Shown here piece after piece: positions 1 to 7,615 of a DNA stretch of 38,578 bases; position 1 is the stretch's first letter; every line of letters starts with the position of its first letter. Made by a program: the position numbers and the translations under genes. The notes beneath the pieces are model-generated. The model was given only the letters and a program-made list of their open reading frames with translations. It made no database searches and had not been told where the DNA came from. Source of the stretch: Minisyncoccota bacterium (GTDB taxonomy: Bacteria; Patescibacteriota; Minisyncoccia; Phycocordibacterales; UBA5272); assembly GCA_022843645.1 (NCBI GenBank), contig JALHNF010000001.1, positions 1-38,578 of the forward strand, in the 5' to 3' direction.

Positions 1-89
1 CAAAGATGCTTCTTTAATTATTAAAAATTAGAAAGAAACAGATTTCCACCATTAGGTACAGATAAAATAAGAGTTACTGGAAGTAAAAA

Positions 90-533
90 GTGACTCCAGT
101 TTTAAATATGATCAATTTAAGAAAAATAAATTCAAATTACGAATCAGATCCAAATATTGCTGATCCAGAAATTAAGCTAGACGAGGATAATATCACTCTT
201 TTCTTTGCACTAAATTATTTTATCTTTAAGTTCAAAGAAGGATCAGTTGGGAGTATTTTTTTTAAAAAAGTCCGTTGTTATAGAATAGGGAAACCAAATG
301 ATGAAGGTTTTTTTCTAAATGAGCATGAACTATGGAATAAAGATAACTTTCCAGAAGGCATAGTTTGGAATCATTTTTATGAAGCTGAAAATGTACCCAA
401 AGAACATTTTGATTCTTTTAGACAGGTAGCCGATTTCGAAAAAGCAGAAGTTCTACATCACTACGTCTTTTTCATGAAAGAAGCAACATTTGAATGCTTG
501 GCAGAATCTTTTGAAGAAAAATTCATAAATTAA
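90..533 (+). CDS. hypothetical protein (soluble, acidic; first ORF of the AT-rich block)
   Basis: Uninterrupted 147-codon ORF in very AT-rich DNA, where random ORFs this long are unlikely. GTG at 90, with an alternative ATG at 108. No recognisable catalytic motif. Its size and character are compatible with immunity-type proteins, which is speculative. Confidence 0.45.
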   Translation: MTPVLNMINLRKINSNYESDPNIADPEIKLDEDNITLFFALNYFIFKFKEGSVGSIFFKKVRCYRIGKPNDEGFFLNEHELWNKDNFPEGIVWNHFYEAENVPKEHFDSFRQVADFEKAEVLHHYVFFMKEATFECLAESFEEKFIN

Positions 534-571
534 AATGATTAAGACTTTTATAAAAAAAATAGACACTATAC

Positions 572-1078
572 ATGCAAACAAAATCAGAAAAGTTGCTAGT
601 CCCAATTGATTTCAATAGTTTGTCAAACATAGAGGAAAGTGTTCTTAAGTTGAGCGATTATTATATGACCTATGGGTTTTATAATGAAAATTATAAACCA
701 AGAGAAAATATGGAGGTTACTTTCTATGACAGATCGTGGGGAATTGATAACTCTGATGAAATAATGTGCCTTGATGCTATTTTAAAGCCAGAAAAACATA
801 AACTCGGTAAATGGACTGCCCACTTTAATGGTAAAATTTACACACAAGCAAAAATGCCTCAGAGATATTTTAATCCTTATGTAGGCGCTATTACAGATCG
901 TTTGTTCAAAATTAAAAACATTTTTTTAAAACCAAATTTTGAAACAGATAAACTCCAAGGGGTGTCTGTTTTTGTTTTTCCTCCAGGTACAAATTATCCT
1001 AATTTTGCAAAAGTAATAGGGATGAATGTTAAAGAATTATCTGAATTTTTTATGTTTAAAGATGTGGCTAAGGTTTGA
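572..1078 (+). CDS. hypothetical protein
   Basis: 168-codon ORF with an ATG start, same strand and tight spacing with its neighbours in the AT-rich block. No motif recognised. Confidence 0.45.
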   Translation: MQTKSEKLLVPIDFNSLSNIEESVLKLSDYYMTYGFYNENYKPRENMEVTFYDRSWGIDNSDEIMCLDAILKPEKHKLGKWTAHFNGKIYTQAKMPQRYFNPYVGAITDRLFKIKNIFLKPNFETDKLQGVSVFVFPPGTNYPNFAKVIGMNVKELSEFFMFKDVAKV

Positions 1079-1087
1079 AAAATAATT

Positions 1088-1684
1088 ATGAAAAAAAATA
1101 AAATATTTGTAACTTTTTCTATCGTAGTTGGTATACTTTTATCGATATACAGTTATCAAGTTATTGTTTCTAATAAAAATACAGACAATATATATGAATG
1201 CAATGTGGACTTAGCAATGAAAAATATTTCTCAAATGAGGCTAAAACAAAAAGATTATAGTTTTATTGAGTTAAATATTCCAGAAATTGCCACTGAAGGA
1301 GCTAGTGCAAAGATTTTTTATGATAGAGAAACAAAAGAATTAAAAATGATAGATGTCATAAGTTTTGTGTCTCTGGCAAAATATTCAAGTACCTATTATA
1401 TTCAAGATAATAAAGTTTTCTATATAAATTCAGTTATAGATGAATGGGATCCGACAAAGTTGTATGGCTCTACAGGAGAGCTAACTGTTATGGAGGGTGA
1501 GTATGTTATTGCCACCAGCACGAGGGAAGGTTACTTGATAAAAGATGAAAAACTGTGTGAGTATTTTGCAGAAAAATCGAGAAAGAAGTCAATCGCTGTA
1601 TCCGAAGCTAACCCAGAGAAAGATGCAAAAGAATTACTTGACACCTTTCGATTTATACAAGAAAAAATAAAATATAATAATTAA
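1088..1684 (+). CDS. hypothetical membrane-anchored/secreted protein
   Basis: N-terminal hydrophobic segment (KIFVTFSIVVGILLSIYSY) after a basic MKKNK start. Begins 9 nt after the previous stop. Confidence 0.5.
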   Translation: MKKNKIFVTFSIVVGILLSIYSYQVIVSNKNTDNIYECNVDLAMKNISQMRLKQKDYSFIELNIPEIATEGASAKIFYDRETKELKMIDVISFVSLAKYSSTYYIQDNKVFYINSVIDEWDPTKLYGSTGELTVMEGEYVIATSTREGYLIKDEKLCEYFAEKSRKKSIAVSEANPEKDAKELLDTFRFIQEKIKYNN

Positions 1685-1685
1685 T

Positions 1686-1952
1686 ATGATCGCAAAAGAA
1701 ATAAGAAGAGGAGTGCTACTGACAGGCGCACTGATGGCCCCTGTTTTTATCCTCATGTATTTAGTGAGTACTCTTGATTTACAAAATATTATCCATCTTA
1801 CTTCTACATTAGATGCTGTTGTTTCGACTACCTTTTTGATCCTCCTGGTTTTTTCTTACGTTATCCCTATTGTTTATTTGATAAGTAAAAAACTGGTGGG
1901 CAGTGGGCGGCTCCGTAATAGGAGGATTGATTATAGTTTTTTTACTGTTTAG
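1686..1952 (+). CDS. small hypothetical membrane protein
   Basis: 88 aa with two hydrophobic stretches. The ATG lies 1 nt after the upstream stop (coupled). Confidence 0.4.
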   Translation: MIAKEIRRGVLLTGALMAPVFILMYLVSTLDLQNIIHLTSTLDAVVSTTFLILLVFSYVIPIVYLISKKLVGSGRLRNRRIDYSFFTV

Positions 1953-2115
1953 TATTCTGCTACATATGTCTTGTGCACAAGGAGCATGTTTTTAGGTAAA
2001 AATATATCTATATTCCAGGAGGTAATAGAGGACTCCCTGTCAATTCATTTAGACAGAATCTAAGGACTATTATTAGTAACGTAAAAAATTCTGCCACTAA
2101 AAGCAAAGAATAAAT

Positions 2116-2385
2116 ATGACTAACTTTTTAAGAGTATTTTTGTCAATCTATTTTGCCTTTTTATTAATTTTATTTCCAATTACTCTTTATAAAATACTAC
2201 AGGGTCATACGATACTGGGAACAGTAAATGAGGTTGTTGAGGGTTGGATACTGATTCATTTTTTTTGGATAGCTCCCGCGGTAATAGCAACTGCCTTGGT
2301 AAACATTGTAAGTTACCGAAATTACAAAAAAGTCTTTTTAATAAGTTTATTAATACAAGCTGTATTATTTTACTTTCTTTTTTAA
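2116..2385 (+). CDS. small hypothetical membrane protein
   Basis: 89 aa, three hydrophobic segments, AT-rich codon usage like ORFs 90-1952. Confidence 0.4.
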   Translation: MTNFLRVFLSIYFAFLLILFPITLYKILQGHTILGTVNEVVEGWILIHFFWIAPAVIATALVNIVSYRNYKKVFLISLLIQAVLFYFLF

Positions 2386-2390
2386 AAAAA

Positions 2391-2399
2391 TGAGATAAT
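2391..2399 (+). promoter_or_regulatory. extended -10 box (TGaGATAAT) 6 nt upstream of ATG 2406; leaderless-type promoter
   Basis: TGA GATAAT at 2391-2399, then 6 nt (2400-2405), then ATG. No Shine-Dalgarno. Confidence 0.45.
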
Positions 2400-2405
2400 A
2401 CCCAC

Positions 2406-3569
2406 ATGTCCACCTTTGACCCTTTTGACAAGAAAACAGCGAGCGTACAAGCTGCACGTGATAGAGAAGCTGCAGAGCGTGCGCGTACTATGCAGAAAGA
2501 AGTCGAAGCACGTCGTAAGAAGCAGCTTCTTCAAACTGATATTGCAAGATTACAGCAGGAAATTCTCCGCCGAAGTCAAGAAAGTAAAACACTTGCTATT
2601 GATCTCGAAAAAACAGAACGCGATATAGAACAAAAGAAAGAATCTATACGTACTATCGAGCAGTCTATCCAAGTGATCGAAAAAAAAGTTCCCGAGGAAA
2701 ACACGAGGCTAAAACTCGGCATGCAGGTCCTGCAGAGGATCAGTGATACACTGAAATCAATAAAAACGAGGCTTAGCACACTCTCCTCACAAGAAAAAAA
2801 AGAAGAAGAGTCTGTTCACAACAGAAGAGCCCTTGTTGCAACAACGCAGCAAAAAAAGGCTGTTCTAGAAAACGAGCTGGCAAACCTGAATGCACAGCTG
2901 GCAAAACTCAAATCAGATATTGATAAAGAAAAGCGAGACTTGGTTCAAAAACAAACAGCTACTATACAGGTCGAGCGTGAGCAAGATCTCATTGAGCAAA
3001 AGATAGAAACATCGAATGCAAAAATACGGGACTTAGAGCGACAGTTGCAGGAAGAAAAAGCATTACACACGGCGCATACTCAAGAAAAAGCAAGAGTTGA
3101 TGGAGAATATACGAAGCATGCTCGCGAAGTCCAAATCCTTCTACAGAGCACCCAAGGAAAGGATGCGGAGATATATCGAGTCACGCAAGACGTCGATAGA
3201 GTACGGCGTGATTTTGATTTGCAAAAAGATACGTTATTACGACTTGAGACAGCATTGGCGCAAGAGGAAAGCTCGGAGAAACGAGATGAATCTGAGCTTG
3301 CCCGGATGGCACAAGAGAAACAAAAACTAGAACAAGAAGAAAAAGAAAAGAGGGGAGAAGTTGAGCATGTTCGTGAAGAATACGAAACAGATACAAATGC
3401 ATTACGAGCACTACAGTCCAAAAAGCTCGACGCACTTTCTCATATTTCTAATCAATCCTCAGTACTTCAGCAAAGGCAACAAAGATTACGTGTTTTAGAT
3501 GCTGAACTCAAGAAATTTGAAGCTGAGCTGAAGCAAAAAGAACAAGAAGCGAGACAAATGCGGTTTTAG
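2406..3569 (+). CDS. long coiled-coil protein (no TM segment, no enzymatic motif)
   Basis: 387 aa dominated by E/K/Q/R/L with heptad-like character throughout. Backbone-like G+C. Followed by a strong terminator. Confidence 0.7.
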   Translation: MSTFDPFDKKTASVQAARDREAAERARTMQKEVEARRKKQLLQTDIARLQQEILRRSQESKTLAIDLEKTERDIEQKKESIRTIEQSIQVIEKKVPEENTRLKLGMQVLQRISDTLKSIKTRLSTLSSQEKKEEESVHNRRALVATTQQKKAVLENELANLNAQLAKLKSDIDKEKRDLVQKQTATIQVEREQDLIEQKIETSNAKIRDLERQLQEEKALHTAHTQEKARVDGEYTKHAREVQILLQSTQGKDAEIYRVTQDVDRVRRDFDLQKDTLLRLETALAQEESSEKRDESELARMAQEKQKLEQEEKEKRGEVEHVREEYETDTNALRALQSKKLDALSHISNQSSVLQQRQQRLRVLDAELKKFEAELKQKEQEARQMRF

Positions 3570-3604
3570 ATTAGTCTAGGCTTTTATTGTATATCTTTCT
3601 AACT

Positions 3605-3639
3605 ACAAAAAACCACTCTTTTGTAGAGTGGTTTTTTGT
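3605..3639. terminator. bidirectional intrinsic terminator
   Basis: Perfect 15-nt inverted repeat ACAAAAAACCACTCT / AGAGTGGTTTTTTGT with a 5-nt loop. The A-run and T-run flank a GC core between convergent genes. Confidence 0.8.
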
Positions 3640-3661
3640 TTAACTTTCCGCGAGTATTTAA

Positions 3662-4357
3662 TTATTGTGTTGTGCGGAAAGATGAAGGAGATGTGATGCT
3701 TACATTTTTTGACGAGTCAAATACGACAACTAAATAAAAGTATGTAGTATTTGGATTCAGGTTGTTGATATTTACTGTATGAGTAGCTCGAGAAATTCCG
3801 TCATATTGAGCAAGGGTACCGCTCACTACCGGCTCGCCCGAGAACACACCTGTTGAGTCGAATGTATTGCTTACTTGTAGGGGTGATGTACTATAGTACA
3901 CTTTTCCCATAGAAGACTCACTTGCTGTCCATGTAATAGATGCTCCATCGTTATCCGTCCTCACGTTTACACTTTTGATAAGAGGGGCGTCAATATCAGT
4001 AGGATTTGTACTCACACCTCCTCCTAATTTTGCGTTAATCGCTGTGCGTGTCATTGGGCCAACACGTCCATATCCTGTTGTGCTAGGTGTTCCGCTAGAT
4101 ACTATCCCTTGTGTTGCTTGAAATCTTTTGACTCCAGCCTGGGTGAGAGATCCAAAATACCCAGTTATCATCCGAGAAGGATATATAGCTTGATCTGTTG
4201 CAAGATATGTTTGAAGTTCTGTAACCTCTGAGCCGCGGTCACCAAAATCTAGGTCATTATTGATAATGGCAAATGCGCCCTGACTTCCTAAAACTGAAAA
4301 GAGGAGTGCAGGCGCTAGTACCTTGCCTAGAACCTCTTGTATGTATGTTGTTTTCAT
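3662..4357 (-). CDS. secreted protein with peptidoglycan-binding (PG_binding_1-like) domain and C-terminal FN3/Ig-like domain
   Basis: MKTTYIQEVLGKVLAPALLFSVLGSQGAFA looks like a signal peptide. GSEVTELQTYL...GYFGSLTQAGVKRFQ matches the PG-binding repeat pattern. The C-terminus (ITWTASESSMGKVYYSTSP...NLNPNTTYFYLVVVFD) is FN3-like. The track ORF extends to 4468, but ATG 4357 gives the signal peptide. Confidence 0.7.
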   Translation of the reverse strand: MKTTYIQEVLGKVLAPALLFSVLGSQGAFAIINNDLDFGDRGSEVTELQTYLATDQAIYPSRMITGYFGSLTQAGVKRFQATQGIVSSGTPSTTGYGRVGPMTRTAINAKLGGGVSTNPTDIDAPLIKSVNVRTDNDGASITWTASESSMGKVYYSTSPLQVSNTFDSTGVFSGEPVVSGTLAQYDGISRATHTVNINNLNPNTTYFYLVVVFDSSKNVSITSPSSFRTTQ

Positions 4358-4604
4358 GTGTTTGTTGATTATTGTAGAGGTGGAGGTTTGTATAGTCGAC
4401 ATTATTCTACGCTTTAGTCTCGTCTCTATAGTATAAGCCGAGGCAGACGGGTTATTATTACAAGCCATCGTGCTGGTATGGGTGCATGCGGTACTGTGCT
4501 ATTCTTATGTATGTAGCTACTACTCTCTCCTTCGGTGTTATCTGGTGATTTGCAACGTGCATGCTTATTATTTTTTCTATCTAGGCAAGAGGGTCAACCT
4601 TTCT

Positions 4605-5120
4605 ATGACTATATCAAATCAAACAAAACAACAAGAACAGTTTTTAACTAAGGCGCACCATGACTATGAGAAGGGTATGAATACCTACACCTTTTTCAAG
4701 GTTCACAATCATGCAATGAGTCGTGATTTGGTTCAGGATACTTTTATAAAAACATGGGCATATATTACGAAAGGTGGAAATATAGAGACAGTGAAGCCAT
4801 TTTTGTATCACATCCTGAATCATCTTATTATTGATGAGTATCGAAAAAAGAAAGTAGTATCTCTTGATGTGCTTATTGAAAATGGTTTTCAAAAGAGCTC
4901 AGACCAACACAAAAGAGTTGTTGACATACTTGACGGTAGGATAGCGATTTTACTCATTGGCGATCTCTCAAAAAAATATGCAAAAGTTATGCATATGCGG
5001 TATGCCCAAGATCTTTCTGTGCAAGAAATATCTCACATTACTCGACAGTCAAAAAATGCTGTTACTGTGCGGCTGTCTCGTGGCCTTGTGCAACTGAGGG
5101 CTTTATATAATCACAAGTAA
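4605..5120 (+). CDS. ECF-type RNA polymerase sigma factor (sigma-70 regions 2 and 4)
   Basis: Region 2-like SRDLVQDTFIKTWAY...PFLYHILNHLIIDEYRKKK. Region 4 HTH-like YAQDLSVQEISHITRQSKNAVTVRLSRGLVQLR. The track ORF opens at GTG 4470, but that extension is Cys/Tyr-rich junk, so ATG 4605 (MTISNQ) is preferred. Confidence 0.8.
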   Translation: MTISNQTKQQEQFLTKAHHDYEKGMNTYTFFKVHNHAMSRDLVQDTFIKTWAYITKGGNIETVKPFLYHILNHLIIDEYRKKKVVSLDVLIENGFQKSSDQHKRVVDILDGRIAILLIGDLSKKYAKVMHMRYAQDLSVQEISHITRQSKNAVTVRLSRGLVQLRALYNHK

Positions 5121-5123
5121 AAG

Positions 5124-5147
5124 AAGAGGCGGAAAGACCTCTTTTTT
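5124..5147 (+). terminator. intrinsic terminator after the sigma factor gene
   Basis: AAGAGG / CCTCTT stem, 8-nt loop, followed by a T-run. Confidence 0.6.
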
Positions 5148-5162
5148 GTTTACGTTTTTGGG

Positions 5163-5235
5163 TGGACCCTAGGAGATTCGAACTCCTCACCTCTGGAGTG
5201 CAAAACCAGTGCTCTACCAAATGAGCTAAGGGCCC
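5163..5235 (-). tRNA. tRNA-Ala (anticodon UGC)
   Basis: The reverse complement folds as a 73-nt cloverleaf. Acceptor GGGCCCT/AGGGTCC carries the Ala identity pair G3:U70. D arm GCTC-ATTTGGTA-GAGC. Anticodon arm CTGGT-TTTGCAC-TCCAG (U31-U39 mismatch). T arm AGGAG-TTCGAAT-CTCCT. Discriminator A. The downstream bases are CCC, so CCA is not fully encoded. Confidence 0.9.
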
Positions 5236-5281
5236 AGTATGTGGTTGTTTAATTTACTACTTCTATTGCGTCATGTGGTTT

Positions 5282-5339
5282 TGCAAAACCAGTGACTTTT
5301 AAAATCTTGGTACCCTCGTGCCAAATGAGCTAAGGGTCC
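5282..5339 (-). pseudogene. tRNA-Ala 5'-half-derived fragment (no T arm, no 3' acceptor strand)
   Basis: 5321-5339 (ccaaatgagctaagggtcc) matches 5217-5235 of the intact tRNA at 18/19 positions. 5282-5294 (tgcaaaaccagtg) matches 5199-5211 at 13/13. The two blocks are separated by 26 nt here versus 5 nt in the real gene. Confidence 0.6.
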
Positions 5340-5448
5340 GTTTATTTTTTACTGGAGCCTCGCGGTACGCAAGACCCAATGGAAAATAGTATACACGAAG
5401 ATATCTTTTTTGGAAGAGGGCAGAAAGTACGTTATAGTATGGGCATAT

Positions 5449-6777
5449 ATGCGTGTCTTTCTCCTTGTATTTGCTGGGGTAATTCTCGGTGCTGTGGGGC
5501 TCTATTTTGTGGAGCGCTACTTTACGTTTCGTACTATTGCTCAAAACATAGAAGAGTATGTCCCAAGTCCCCTTGGTAAACAAGTAGCACACAACGAGTA
5601 TTCAGAAGACTTTTTATTACAAAAAATTGAAGAATTCAAGCGTTCCGGAGAAAAATTTGTATTAGCGGATCTCTCAGAGATGCGCCTGGACGTCTACGAA
5701 GGGGGACTTGCGACACTCTCGTTTCCTATCCAGGCAAAGGGAAGAGAGGGTTCCTGGTGGGAAACTCCAGCCGGCCTCTATAGTGTCAAGTCAAAAGCCG
5801 AAAACCATCTTTCGTCAATTGGAAACGTGTACATGCCGTGGAGCATGCAGTTTCAAGGCAACTTTTTTATTCACGGACTACCGTATTACCCCGATGGCAC
5901 CCCAGTAAGCACAAGCTATTCTGGTGGGTGCATTCGCCTTGCCACAGAAGATGCCGAGAAAGTATTTCGATATGTTAAAAATGGTACACCGCTTATTGTG
6001 TTTGAGAATACAAAAAGTGAATCGCCTGTACGTAACTACACTTTTGGGCCAAGTATACTGAGCGCAGGAACATTTCTTGTGGCAGATTTAAAAACAGGTT
6101 TTACATTTGGCTCACAAAAAACAAAAGAGCCCATCTCACCTTCTTTTGCGGCACAGCTTCTGCTTGCAGTTATTTCTGCTGAATACATGGACATTGAGAG
6201 AAACATCATGGTCGACCCAAGTGACTTGGTAGAGACACGCATTCCAAGGCTAAAGCCTGCCACAAAACACATGGTATACGACTACCTGTATCTGGTGTTG
6301 CAAGAAGGCTCATACGAGGCAAGTAACGTTTTGGCTCGGGCTCTTGGCACCATGCGCACAATCGACCTACTCGGCCAAAAAGCAAAAGCCATCGGCATGA
6401 AGGATACAACATTCAATATGTCAGAGACAAAAACTCTCTCTCTTGTTACAAACGCCGAAGACATTTACCAACTCCTTCGGTATATGTATTTCAATAGAAA
6501 GTTTTTGCTCACTATCAGCGCAAACACTGCCGAGACGCACATCTACGGCACGCCTTCTTTCAAGAATTTAGAAAACAATAATTTGTTTGTTGGGGACCCT
6601 TCTTTTGTGGGAGGGAGCGTGACAAAAAATGGCACTAAGGCAAGCGGGGCATTTATTTTTGAGATTCCTTTTGGCGATACAAAAGAGCCGATTGCCATTA
6701 TTGTTACTGACTCAGAAAATATTGTAAATGATGTCACGGCTATCCGTGCCTTTGTGCAGACGAGTTTTAAAAAATAA
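5449..6777 (+). CDS. membrane-anchored L,D-transpeptidase (YkuD domain) fused to a degenerate S11/PBP5-like domain
   Basis: TM anchor MRVFLLVFAGVILGAVGLYFV. YkuD signature FFIHGLPYYPDGTPVSTSYSGGCIRL (Cys codon 5929-5931). The C-terminal half aligns by eye to the neighbouring S11 carboxypeptidase but reads SFAA for SxxK, SYE for SxN and KNG for KTG. The track start is TTG 5410; ATG 5449 is preferred. Confidence 0.75.
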   Translation: MRVFLLVFAGVILGAVGLYFVERYFTFRTIAQNIEEYVPSPLGKQVAHNEYSEDFLLQKIEEFKRSGEKFVLADLSEMRLDVYEGGLATLSFPIQAKGREGSWWETPAGLYSVKSKAENHLSSIGNVYMPWSMQFQGNFFIHGLPYYPDGTPVSTSYSGGCIRLATEDAEKVFRYVKNGTPLIVFENTKSESPVRNYTFGPSILSAGTFLVADLKTGFTFGSQKTKEPISPSFAAQLLLAVISAEYMDIERNIMVDPSDLVETRIPRLKPATKHMVYDYLYLVLQEGSYEASNVLARALGTMRTIDLLGQKAKAIGMKDTTFNMSETKTLSLVTNAEDIYQLLRYMYFNRKFLLTISANTAETHIYGTPSFKNLENNNLFVGDPSFVGGSVTKNGTKASGAFIFEIPFGDTKEPIAIIVTDSENIVNDVTAIRAFVQTSFKK

Positions 6778-6782
6778 AAAAC

Positions 6783-7589
6783 ATGGCGCACATACTATCT
6801 GGTAGAGAAATAGCAGACGCGTATGAAGTATCTCAGAAAGAAAAAGTTGCTTCTCTGGTTCGAAGAGGAGTCATACCAACGCTTGCGATTATAAAAGCAA
6901 GTAGTTCTCTCGTGATCGATACGTATATTGCAGTAAAGAAAACCTACGCAGAGAAGATAGGGTGTAGGGCGCTTGAGTATGTTGCATACGAAGAGGGTGA
7001 ATTATTGGCATGTATTTCTAAGCTTAATCAAGATGATGCAGTGCACGGTATTATCGTACAACTTCCTCTGATAGAAGGTATTGATGTCGAAAGAGTTCTG
7101 TCTTCTATCTCGATACAAAAAGACGTCGACGGATTGCACCAAATGACTTCCTTTGTGCCGCCAACAGTACAGGCGATTTTAAAGTTAATGGATGTGTATG
7201 TTCCAAAGTTGAAAGAACAAAAAGTTGCAATTGTGGGAAGTGGTAAGTTGGTTGGAAAACCACTTAGGCTTGCCTTAGAAAAAAGGGGTGTAGATTCATG
7301 GGTATTCAAAAAAGGGGATTCACTTGAGTCTCTCAAAGAATACCGTGTGATTGTATCGGCAACAGGTGTACCAAGCCTTCTTACAAAAGAGCATTTTGGA
7401 GATGGCGCATATATTTTTGACGCAGGTACCGCAGAACAAGAAGGTTCTGTGAAAGGAGATGTTAAGGAAACCGTATACGAAGATGAAAATGTACATATAA
7501 CCCCTAAAAAAGGTGGTATCGGAATGCTCACTGTTCGATTTCTATTTGAAAACATGATACATGCCTGCCAAAAACATTTTGAATCTTAG
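6783..7589 (+). CDS. folD: bifunctional methylenetetrahydrofolate dehydrogenase/cyclohydrolase
   Basis: ILSGREIA..., PTLAIIKAS, YIAVKKTYAEKIG, GIIVQLPL, DVDGL, VGSGKLVGKPL, TPKKGGIGMLTV. The order and spacing are typical of FolD. Confidence 0.85.
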   Translation: MAHILSGREIADAYEVSQKEKVASLVRRGVIPTLAIIKASSSLVIDTYIAVKKTYAEKIGCRALEYVAYEEGELLACISKLNQDDAVHGIIVQLPLIEGIDVERVLSSISIQKDVDGLHQMTSFVPPTVQAILKLMDVYVPKLKEQKVAIVGSGKLVGKPLRLALEKRGVDSWVFKKGDSLESLKEYRVIVSATGVPSLLTKEHFGDGAYIFDAGTAEQEGSVKGDVKETVYEDENVHITPKKGGIGMLTVRFLFENMIHACQKHFES

Positions 7590-7615
7590 TGTATTTTTCG
7601 TATACTAAAAGCATC

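Noticed and set aside
1986-2063. 25-codon mini-ORF (MFLGKNISIFQEVIEDSLSIHLDRI) in the 1953-2115 gap.
   Set aside because: There is no conservation evidence. The apparent AAGGAG is only 1 nt from the ATG, and an ORF of this length is expected by chance.
4358-4604. N-terminal extensions suggested by the ORF track for the PG-binding protein (to 4468) and the ECF sigma factor (from GTG 4470).
   Set aside because: The extensions are Cys/Tyr/Ser-rich nonsense. Internal ATGs give a clean signal peptide (4357) and a normal sigma N-terminus (4605). The two extensions would abut at 4468/4470, leaving no divergent promoter region.
7028-7555. Long antisense ORFs inside well-supported genes. Examples: 7028-7555 (-) in folD, 18259-19044 (-) in leuS, 15498-15818 (-) in ychF, 31317-31652 (-) in the 30409 gene, 37742-38140 (-) in dnaK and 3080-3421 (-) in the coiled-coil gene.
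   Set aside because: They lie entirely opposite conserved CDSs. Their low-complexity Ser/Cys/Phe-rich translations are typical of shadow frames, and they have no start signals.
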